The notes under the pieces are model-generated. The model saw nothing but the letters and a program-made list of their open reading frames with translations. It was not told the origin of the DNA and searched no databases. 32,000 nt of DNA from Zygophlyctis sp. KS116. Taxonomy: Eukaryota; Fungi; Chytridiomycota. Below, piece after piece: positions 19,802 through 32,000 of this stretch; within the stretch, counting starts at the first letter, position 1, and each line of letters starts with the position of its first letter. The DNA lies in contig BAAFSQ010000081.1 in the NCBI GenBank assembly GCA_054661495.1, positions 1 through 32,000 of the forward strand. Direction: 5' to 3'. A program made the position numbers and the translations under genes.

Positions 19802-22623
19802 TCATTCGTCAGCTGTTTGATTTGATAATCCCGGTTCTATTGTAATTGATGAAACTTCAACCACTGGTGGCGGTGATATGCTTGTGTTGCCAGAGATATT
19901 ATATGTGCTTGTTCCAGGGTTTAGTAGAAGCTCTAATTCATTGGCGGCTTCTTCAAGCGGAATCCATTTTTCTGTTTTTGCTCGATCAATTTCCTTCATC
20001 AATTCCGGATTATCGGCACAAGACTTCCAAAATGCTTTGTTATCATTAATATTTCTTAAATGGATATCAATATCTTCCTTCATAAATTCACCCCATGCTT
20101 CATAGAGCGGGCGGACAATAAAATCTATAAACCCCTAGCAGATTAAGAATATAATTCAACACTTACAACTTGGCATTTAGGAATATCAGTAGTATCTTTA
20201 TCCATGAACATGGTAACTTTCAGACCTCTCTTCTTTTCTTCCTCACCTTGGGCAAAGAATTCTCTCATTATCATGTCCGTCCACTTCCTGCTAAAGATAG
20301 ATTTTTTGGTGGGATTATTGATATCTGCACATTTCATGGCCATATTTAATAGGAGTTTTCTATCCTGCTTTGTTTCAAGATTTAGACCAGCTCCTGATAG
20401 TTTACTCTTAAATTTTCCAATCCATTCAAAATGAACAGCCATGTCGGTCGCAAGAACCATAGAGACAGTCATTTCCCGAATAATTTTACGAGATTCTGGA
20501 GCTAAATGTTCAATTATATCATAAGTATCATCCAGCATCAACTCGTATACTGAAGCAACATGGTAATTTTCCAAAACACATGAGTCATTGTAGCGAATTG
20601 CTAGAAGAGCCCTAGTTGAAATCATATAAGCATTATTTAGACCAGGGTGCTTATAATCATGTATAATTGGCGCTATTAAAACCGCCATTTTTTCTTCTGG
20701 CCTTAATATATCCCAAATTCTTGACCTTGAAACGTAATAATGCATTGAATGAGTAACATCTGCAGCATGCAATGCATTGTGATAAGGATTTGTAGTCAAA
20801 TATCCAGTTTCAATTGCACTAAGCCATCTTCGGAATGTTAATTCATTCATACCGTAAAGAGTAGCATATTCATATCTGCGAAAAATATGCCAACCAATGT
20901 AGTACAAAACTTTGCCCTTGGCCATATTGTACAATTCAAAAATATCAAACTCTGGATCATCAAGTCTTTTAGAGAGGAAATTAAATATTTCGCCGTCCTC
21001 CGGCATCAAAAGAGCTTGATCCAACATCGGGTCTTCTTTTTTATGGGTTATTACAACAGATGAGATATTATTTGGATTCTTATCAGTAAGCATCATATCA
21101 TTCAGCCAATCATGAACATCTGCATCAGCAGGCTTTTGATATAAATCCGGCACAAAAAGGTTGTGACTATCTTGAGATAGTATCCCGAGAATAAAATCGA
21201 TTTCATCAGCTACTATTCGGTCAATTGTTAGATCTTCTTTGACCTGCTTTAAAATGTTTGTTGCCCGAGTTAGTGGTACTTCAAGTGAAATTTCTCCAGG
21301 CTCTTCTTCTTTTCCTTTAAGCTGTCTAATGAGAGCCTCATTGGCTTGAACAAGTTTATTCATATATGTATCCCGTTCTAAAAGTTCTAAAGCATTTAGC
21401 TTTATAAACCATTCCAAGGACAACATAATGAGAATACAGAAAAAAGAATTGGCCAGCATAACAGCTTCACTAGAAACTGAAATTGGTAGATATAAAGGCT
21501 CCCCACAAACTTTGTAATCACAAGCAGGATCGTAAACCCGGCTCATTGAAAAAATAGCCAAAATATAGACTATAAACATTAGAGTACAATAAGCCAAGAA
21601 ATGCAGCCTAAGAAATGGATGCCCACTTTGTAGAAAAATAAAACTCAAAGAAGCGAACCAAAGAACAAAAACCTCCTGATGAGACTCCCGAGATATAAAA
21701 ATTATGCCCGCAAAAGGAAATAAAGAAATATATAGAGGTATTACAGATCCGATATCTATAGAATAAGCTAACCTTCCAACTTGAATAGCTATACAAGACA
21801 AGGCAAAGTAAGCAAAAGTAGCAAAAAATTGAATATGAGGAGTCCAATTTGAATACCAAGCAAAAAATAGAATGAGAAGATATGAAACATAGAGTAAAGC
21901 CAACTGTAGGAGGATAGGTCCTCTTAAAGGTTTTCCAAGATTGTTGATATTTTTGATAAGGTTTTCTACTAGTAGAGACGCTTTAGAATTTAATGAAGAA
22001 TTTGATCCCATTTCTTCATTTTCAACCGATTCAGCAATAGCAGAATTCTCTAATGATATCTTTTTTGATGATTGATTAGCTCTGTGATAATAATCCTCGG
22101 AAATAGATGTCCTTCTTGATTCGAGAGTATTAATATTTTGAATCATATCCTTCAAGTCATCCCCTGTAAGAGACATTGAAGTTTTTTTCTTTTTCTGTCT
22201 ATTCTGATTACTTGTTCCTTCCGCAGAAGAATTAAGAAGCGATTTTCGTCTTTCAGAATTTGTATCCGCAGATTTAGTGGTAGATTTTGTCCAAATCTGA
22301 GGTCTATCGGACTGAGCGAGATTTGTTGCTGTTATAATTTCATTTTCTATCATTCCAGTTGCGGAATTTATATTAGTTGTGTCTGTAATCGGCTTTTTCC
22401 CATTATCCATGGCTCCCGCCAACTGCGATAGAACCATGGTACTTTTCTTCAAGGCCCCAGAAGGATCTGATGCGCTATTATTGATTGAATTTGATAAGAA
22501 TGCTGTACTCTTTTTGATTGCCGCATTACTTATTCCCAGCATACTCTTCTTTGGGCCGTCGTTAGATTTTTTAGATGATGAATCTGGACTTAAACCACCC
22601 AATACCAGGGCGCTTGCCCTCAT
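19802..22623 (-). CDS. Class I cyclic nucleotide phosphodiesterase with ~6 N-terminal TM helices
   Basis: NPYHNALHAADV, HDYKHPGLNN, LENYH, VLATDMAVH, KCADINNP, EFFAQGEEEK. Intron 20135-20166 (32 nt) restores KCQVGFIDFIVRP. A hydrophobic helical block precedes a coiled coil. Confidence 0.92.
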
Positions 22624-22856
22624 TTTGGGCTCTTCAATCTTTAATGAATTGCCTAAACGATAAACATACTGATAAAGTACCTTTTCTTGGCTCCATCTAT
22701 AAGTTTAACACGGAACTTTGGGTAAAAATATTTCCGATTCCACATATTGCGTCATTAGTCAAGAGAAAATCAAGATCATCAGAATCATACAGTCAAACTG
22801 ATGATCTTGCTGATAATAACCCCCCAATCGTCACCCTCAACTCTATTGCTGATCAA

Positions 22857-23267
22857 ATGAATTTCTCTGCAATTTTATCAGCTCTGCAAGTTCCACCAGA
22901 TACTCCCGATGAAAGCTCTCTAGGACTTTATGAAATGTTGGATGTCGAAGAAGTACCGATTCAGCCACTAGAGGTCAAACAAATTGAGCCAATCAGCAAA
23001 CCTGCATTGATTCCTCCGCCACTCTTTATGGGAAAAATTCCATCTGCTATGGATGCAAAGGCTGGATCTCAAATCTCTTCACAGGTAAAATCTAATAGCT
23101 CTAGTATTATTGTTGCAGAGCCAAAAATGAGAGATTTGCATAAAGATTTGGTTACAATGGTTCCGTCTTCAGTTAGGCGGAAAGGACAGGTCCTAGAGAA
23201 TCCAGCAAAAAAGGTTAAAGGTTCAAAAGAAGAGGAATTTGAGAAGTTTATATCTCAGTTTGAGTAG
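22857..23267 (+). CDS. Small protein resembling the C-terminal region of WBP11-type splicing factors
   Basis: Pro-rich stretch then IVAEPKMRDLHKDLVTMVPSSVRRK and EEEFEKFISQF. The frame is open upstream to 22575, so the start is uncertain. Confidence 0.55.
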   Translation: MNFSAILSALQVPPDTPDESSLGLYEMLDVEEVPIQPLEVKQIEPISKPALIPPPLFMGKIPSAMDAKAGSQISSQVKSNSSSIIVAEPKMRDLHKDLVTMVPSSVRRKGQVLENPAKKVKGSKEEEFEKFISQFE

Positions 23268-25113
23268 ATCTTAGGCTCTTGTATACTAGCTTCTGAAATG
23301 CAACTTGTGTAGGGGCTTCATTATACCGTGGTATCATAGTGTTATCTTGCTTCAGTTTCAATTGATCGATTTGGCTGGAATTTAGAATCATTTGAATGTT
23401 ATTCCAAAGTTCATGATGGTTAGTCATGCTGGAGAGTACTTGTAATTCCTTGTTATGCTTGATTACTAATGAATAAAATTCGTCATAGCTTCTGCTTGAA
23501 TTTAGAAATAAATCACCATGAGATCTAATGTTAAATTAGGCTATTTACATTATGAAATTAAATACTTTTAATATCTAAAATTAGATTCAATTTCCTTACT
23601 TTTATAATAATATCAAAACTTTTGTTTAGTAATGCGACATGATTTGAAGCAATGAATTTCACCAATAGCATCAAACCAGACCATATTTTAATCCAGTCGA
23701 CATTTAAAACTTTCTTAGAATCTTTAAGAAAGTATAGGATTCTTAATAAGCAATCAACAGCTGTTAATAATAGTTCAATAGATATAGATTTTCCTAGATT
23801 AGAGCGGATCAAGACACTTAGCGATTCCAACATTACTGCAAGCATACTTTTTTGAGATGTTTCAATAGTCTAATAATTTAATGATTGGCAGAAAATAGCT
23901 GTTAAGAATAACTTACAAGATCAATTAGGCTCTTATTCAAATGATACTCTTGAGTGATTAAATAATTACGCATATAGTCATTTTGAACTAATGCATTAAA
24001 AGTCAGTACTCCAAGTTTGCTATACAATACATCCTTTGCATTTGTAAATATTTGATAACACATTCCAATAAATTCTGAGACGGCAGTCCCAATTCTGATT
24101 CCAGAGCCTTTTGCCTTTAGAGAGAAAACTGGATTATTTTCATAATGCTTGAAAGCCAATATTTTTGTAAAGTAATCATTTGTATAAACGCAATCATAAA
24201 ACAATAACATTGCGTATCTTCTTTCCTTTGATATCCCAAAATCAGATAATTTCTTTTTTTGAGAATCATTTAGCTTATCTTCATTTATTTGGCATTCATA
24301 TGCCATTCTTGCCTTCCAAAAGTTTTCCATAAAATGCGATGCCAACTTTGTACATACTCTTGAATCATTTAACAGACCCAACTTTAAATATATATAATTC
24401 TTTGTCTCGTATCTCTTATAATTCATGAGTAATGAGAGACTAATGATTGATTGAAGACCCATTGCCGATGTAGATGGATCAATTGCAAAAGTTACAAGAG
24501 CCATGAATAGTTCGCCTCGAGCAATAAAATAATCATTGAAGATATTATCCAATGGTGAATCAACAGCCACAAGAGTCAAAAGCGACAATGCTTTTTTCCT
24601 AACAATTGCATGATCTATTGAGCTGATCTTTGATACAATAACTCTAGTAAATCTTTCAAGAAATGCTTCTATAGAATCCCAGTCCGAGAATGCTAAAATA
24701 AAATTGGAGTTTGATTTATGAACTTTGAACAATGCTTTAAAATACATATGCATCAACTATAATTAATGGAAATTAGTTACATCTAATGCATTAGCTTCCA
24801 TGATATCTTGATCCGTTTCGGTCGCGTCGAGAGCTACTGATTGAGTCAACACATTTACCTCTTGATAATAGCAACCTCCAAGTTGGTTGCAAAGAGAAAA
24901 ACTCCAGAGTTGATTTTCTTTCTGCAAGATCCATGAAGCCTTTAGCATCCACAGGTGCGCTAAATAATTTAATCCAGAATTCGTTATGCTCCTCGTACAA
25001 ATCCAGTCCCTGAATCTAAGTCGACAGTTACCTACCTCAAACAAACGATGATAAAGCGGAAGAGCCGGTTGGCTGCATGCATTCATTGTTGACAGAAGAG
25101 AATCGGCAAACAT
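23248..25113 (-). CDS. ARMH3: Armadillo-like helical protein ARMH3/C10orf76
   Basis: N-terminal LYHRLF...FWIKLF, LLMNYKRYETKN, C-terminal FNFIISHGDLFLNSSRSYDEFY and LKLK...RYNE. Introns 25010-25035, 24834-24858, 24757-24780, 23870-23916 (47 nt), 23575-23599, 23525-23548. Confidence 0.82.
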
Positions 25114-25125
25114 TTTTATTGGCGA

Positions 25126-27670
<2,545 letters not shown>

Positions 27671-27768
27671 TTCTTCCGAAGCGATTACGTCGTTTAAAAA
27701 ATCGTGTAATATCAAATCTTTTATTTCATCATACTTCATACTTAATAAATGTAGATAGATTAGATGAA

Positions 27769-28032
27769 TTAAATCAAGATGATTTCAACATGATCATGTA
27801 CACCCTGCAACAACAATTCCGATTCGTAATTTAGTATTTTCCGTTTTTTAGCAGCTTTTAGTGTCCCAACAAGAGCTTCTACTAAATCATAAGTACAATA
27901 AAACTTACAAATATTTGCAACTTGATCATCTCTTACTAGAATTCCAAAAGAAACTGTTACTTTTCCATTTTTTACAGTTCCAAGTCTTTTTATTTCTTGA
28001 ACAAGTTTAGAAATTTCATTGTCCACATGCAT
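27769..28032 (-). CDS. ABRACL: Costars-family protein (actin dynamics)
   Basis: MHVDNEISKLVQEIKRLG...EALVGTLKAAKKRKI...ELLLQGVHD. Removing the stop-free intron 27882-27908 restores ANILEALVGTL. Confidence 0.92.
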   Translation of the reverse strand: MHVDNEISKLVQEIKRLGTVKNGKVTVSFGILVRDDQVANICKFYCTYDLVEALVGTLKAAKKRKILNYESELLLQGVHDHVEIILI

Positions 28033-28301
28033 TTGATCTTATCAGTTGAGTAGTGTGCTCTTTACAAGGAGTAGGAGTGTGTCATTAGTAGGAGTGACTG
28101 GTGTTCAAGGCGCAGGGGAAAAGAAAGAAAAAGTGGCTGATGGTCTAGGAGAATCTTTTGAGTTTCAAAAAAGTTTTGTCAATTGTCCTTTAAGACTTCC
28201 ATTCTTTCAGGACGCTGAAAACTTTTAAGAGTAAACTAGAGGGTCATTAAGCGCGGTCGTTAAAGATCAAGTATTTTTGGGGTCCGGCACTCTCTTACAT
28301 T

Positions 28302-28757
28302 TTAGTACTTTGAAATTACATTTTTATCTTGAATTTCCTTTAATAAATCTTGTTGATTTTTAGTTAAATTTTGAATCTTTTCTTGAATAGAGTCTAGATC
28401 TTTTTCTAGATTTGAAATCTTTTCATTGACATCTTCAGACTTTGATTTTGCAGAGAGTCTAGTTCTAACTCCTTCTGCAATGACAACACTTCCTGCAACT
28501 ACAAATAAAAAGAATTCAGAAAGAAAGTCTGCACCAGATTCTACAGCTCTAGATTCTGACAATGGTTTATGAATGGCTTTAGAGTCATAATCTAAAAACT
28601 TTAGTTTAAGTGAATGTTCTAGTGAATGTGTTTTTTGCGCAATTGAAATACAAAACTTTTGTAAAGAGGGATGGGTAGTTGCAGATCTTTTTAGAGATTT
28701 AGCGATTGGTTTTGAGAGTGTTTTTATTAATAGTCCAATGATCTTTACTGAAGCCAT
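28302..28757 (-). CDS. OPA3: OPA3-like mitochondrial protein
   Basis: KIIGLLIKTLSKPIA, KPLSESRAVESGADFLSEFFLFVVAG, C-terminal coiled coil. Confidence 0.92.
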   Translation of the reverse strand: MASVKIIGLLIKTLSKPIAKSLKRSATTHPSLQKFCISIAQKTHSLEHSLKLKFLDYDSKAIHKPLSESRAVESGADFLSEFFLFVVAGSVVIAEGVRTRLSAKSKSEDVNEKISNLEKDLDSIQEKIQNLTKNQQDLLKEIQDKNVISKY

Positions 28758-28908
28758 TTACACAATTGAACCCTTTTAGATATTATGTCTAATAGTTTCT
28801 TTTTAGTAATAAATTTAATAATAGATTTATCTTGCGTCATTCTATCCATCTGTCCCATCCAGGACTGAGCTGTCCCACTGTCCATTTAATAATATTCCAT
28901 CTTAAGAA

Positions 28909-29825
28909 ATGAGATTAATAATACTACTTCAACTCATCAAACTCATTCTAGCAAAGATTGAATTCTTTACGCCGTTTGGAATGTCAAAGACTAAAAGTAT
29001 TGAATATGAAATTGGAGAGTCTTCTACAAATTCTGGATCAGGACAAACTATTCTATATTTAAAGAGAGGAGGAGTTATGAGAGGTCCAGTTAATGTTTAT
29101 TTAGTTTTCTATGGACAGAATTGGACACCATCAAGAACATTTAAAATTCAGAATTTTGTAAAGAATATGCATTCTTCATCATACTTTTCAATTATTAAAA
29201 ACTATAAAGATGAAGTTGGGAATATTACTGGACCATTAATCTTAAAACAAAGTATTTGGCAAAGTTATGAATATGGATTAAATTTGGATATGTCCGGAAT
29301 TATTAAGAATCTCCACAATTTGTATCCAAGAGTAGATCCACAGGGAATTTATGCTATTTTATCTGATAATCAGACTTCTATTAGTGTATCTGCACAAATT
29401 GAACTTTGTAAGGCTTTTTGTGGATTTCATACAATTGTTGGTCAAAGAAAAGTAAATTAATAATTTTAATATTATAGATTGTAGTCGTTGGGGATGCATC
29501 TATTTGTGGTCAATGTTCACCATTCAGAGATTCTCCAAGTTTAGATAAAAAAGCAGATGCAATTACTAATATTCTAGCACATGAGATTATTGAAACTCTC
29601 TCTAATCCGGACACTTCAAATCCATCATACTTGAATGCAAATAATGAAGAGGTATTTAATCTCTTTTTTAAAAATTAGAATGCAGATATTTGTAATTTTA
29701 ATATGGGAAAATCAAATCCTGTAGATGCAAGAGGAAATCGTTATAATGTTATCGTTGGACATTTGAAATACTATGTACAATCTTATTGGAGTTTATTGTC
29801 AAGTGGATGTTCTATGATGGATTAA
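28909..29825 (+). CDS. Secreted Phi-1/EXORDIUM-like (phosphate-induced protein 1 family) protein
   Basis: Signal peptide; GGVMRGPVNVYLVFYG.W, LCKAFCGFH, ADAITNILAHEIIETLSNP, ENADIC, YYVQSYW. Introns 29452-29477 and 29652-29678. Confidence 0.8.
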
Positions 29826-30345
29826 TCAGTTTTTGTATTATAAACAATAAATTTAAGTTCAACCAGTAAGACTACTAGAAGCGTTAGTATGCATCAGAAT
29901 ATCAACAGATTGTAATCATTTTTCATGTGAAACACGGATAAGAATTCATCATTTGCATAATCTCATTTCAAAAAAAAACAATTTGGTACAATATAAAAAA
30001 TCTACAGAGTTAGTGATTATGAGAAACTGATCAGATAGTTTGGTAAGTTTGTACAGTATCAGCACTTTAGATCAGAAGCAGAACTGGCATGTTTTGTACA
30101 GTTATCATCACTTCAGAATAAAAACATACCTATTATAATTTAAAGAGAAACAATATGTGAGAGCATCAGTTGGTGGTGCATGTTATTTATCATCATCATA
30201 TGTATGTAATAATGGATATCATCATCATTTGCTCTAAACTTTTTGTAAAAAAAAAGAATAAAAGGCCTTGTCCTGGTACTTGAATACTTGTCTGGACTGC
30301 CGCACGATTTAACATGGCGACAATTATGGCGTCCGATTATCTAAA

Positions 30346-31683
30346 ATGGCTTTTACACTAATCAGTCTCTCATGGTTTGCAACAATCATTATGGCTGCTG
30401 GATTTGATATCAATGATGTATCTTCAATAAATATCGCTCATAAGGCTACTGCTGCAAAGTTGATGTCATATTATCAGCCAAACGATAAGGGAACTATCCC
30501 TCCAGTTGAATCTGAAGATGAAAATGGATTTCAATGGTTTGAAATGGGTATTTATTGGGGTGCAATCATGGAATATACTAATACTTCATCTGATAAGCAA
30601 TACTTTAATCTGGCGGGTGCCGCCTTGAGCAATGCATCATTTGGTGGAAATCTTTCTTTTATTGGAGGGAAAGTGAATGGAAAATGGTCAGATAATATGC
30701 ACTGGAATGATGATATTCTATGGTGGGGATTTGGAGGTATTTAAATCATTTCTAAAAGATTAGTTATTCAAGGGGCTGAAATTGAAGGAGTTGAAAGCAA
30801 AATGCAGAATGGCTTAAAGTATCTTGATTTAGCTAAAAATACTTTTGATCAAGTATTTAGTCAATGGGATGATCAATGTGGAGGAGGTGTTTACTGGGCG
30901 AGAAATCGAAATGATGAAAAACAAAATCGAAGATTGTACAAATCAACAATTTCAAATGTTCAGACTATAATCTTGGGAGTCCGCTTATATCTATTAACAT
31001 CAGATTCACAATATCTTGATGCAGCTACCAGAATATATACTTGGCTTAAAGGACCATCAGGGATAGTAACCCCAGATGGTAAAGTATATGATGGAGTATA
31101 TGCTCGCTTCTGTGATAAAGTTGAAAAAAAGGAGTTTAGTTACAATTCAGGATTATTCTTGGGAAGTGCTGCATTACTTTTTAATGCTACAAAGAATCCA
31201 GACTTTATTAAAGATGCATCTGTAGTATTCTCCAATTTCCAAAATGTATTTACAATGAACAATACGGTATTCGATCCCTGTGAAGTCTCAGGAACATGTA
31301 AAAAGAATCAACCACAATTCAAAGGAGTAGCAATCAGATTTTTACGATACTATTATCAAATATCTGCTGATATTGAAATCCGTAAAAATATTTCTAAAAT
31401 AATTCAAACTTCGGCAGCATCTCTTTCATCGACTTGCAATGAGGAGGGACTCTGCAGTAACTTTTGGCTTCCACAAACATCTGATCGTCCACGAAATGTT
31501 CACAATCAAATAAATGCATTGGAGTTGTTGAATGCATTGGTAGTGATCAAAAGAGGCTATTTGTATGAATTCATGAACTTTCTCAAGAAATATTCAACGA
31601 CTACTGAAAGAAGCGCCAGTAGCGCTAGTAGCATGTATCTACAGGCCATATCTTGGGCTTGGGTGTTGCTATTGCTGGTTTAG
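30346..31683 (+). CDS. Glycoside hydrolase family 76 (Dfg5/Dcw1-like), probably GPI-anchored
   Basis: Signal peptide, catalytic WNDDILWW, WDDQCGGGVYW, YKSTISN, FSYNSG, S/T-rich linker and hydrophobic C-tail. Intron 30737-30763. Confidence 0.9.
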
Positions 31684-31770
31684 GAATAAACATGGATTTT
31701 TTTTACTAGATTGAATTATAACCCAATATTATTAGGAAATCCAAACCTGATAATAAGTCGCGTAAAAAAA

Positions 31771-32000
31771 ATGACGGCAGATGATGATAACATTGAGCCT
31801 CCCAGTATGTCAATTTTCACTTAAATATAGAGGTTTTAATATCATCGGAAGAACTTGCAAAGACACAGATTCCTCTTGCCTTTCGTGACTACTGCGCTCA
31901 CTTGCTTCCAGAGTTGAATGCTTGTAGATCGAAATCTTTATATGCTCCATGGGCTTGTGAGAATGAAAGACTGGCATGGCATAAGTGTCAGTATGATGAA
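31771..32000 (+). CDS. NDUFB7: NADH:ubiquinone oxidoreductase subunit B18/NB8M (5' part, truncated by the window)
   Basis: Absent from the ORF track. With intron 31805-31830 it reads ...EELAKTQIPLAFRDYCAHLLPELNACR...PWACENERLAWHKCQYDE (twin Cx9C). Confidence 0.9.

Noticed and set aside
21400-21925. Rhodopsin-phosphodiesterase
   Set aside because: Only about six TM helices, with no DxxxK retinal-binding motif and no RYxxW helix motif.
602-22623. Functional cAMP/flagellar gene cluster (PKA, WDR49-like, CFAP65, PDE)
   Set aside because: The genes are interspersed with unrelated housekeeping genes on both strands; proximity is not evidence without synteny or co-expression.
28262-28280. U2 snRNA-like AAGATCAAGT followed by an Sm-site-like ATTTTTGG
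   Set aside because: Lacks the GTAGTA branch-pairing sequence and the U2 5' stem; likely chance.

Overview
Eukaryotic, AT-rich and extremely gene-dense DNA. It most likely comes from a flagellated (zoosporic) fungus such as a chytrid; this is an inference from the axonemal genes CFAP65 and WDR49-like occurring together with fungal-type GH76 and SWF1. I reconstructed about 22 protein-coding genes by hand (two cut by the window edges) plus one probable pseudogene. The ORF track is fragmented because genes are split by about 63 ultra-short spliceosomal introns. All are 23-33 nt except one of 47 nt, and all are GT-AG except one apparent GT-TG. The main points of interest: (1) the miniature intron system, including in-frame stop-free introns, one in the PKA glycine-rich loop; (2) extreme compaction, with same-strand genes only 8-52 nt apart, convergent genes abutting (0 nt) or overlapping (20 nt), and promoter-sized spacers mostly at divergent heads, implying overlapping or polycistronic transcription; (3) a 6-TM membrane-anchored class I phosphodiesterase; (4) a Phi-1/EXORDIUM-like secreted protein; (5) a SAM-like pseudogene bracketed by a ~60-bp duplication. 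No tRNA, rRNA, CRISPR array or intact mobile element was recognised. All gene models are manual and unverified by RNA data or database searches.
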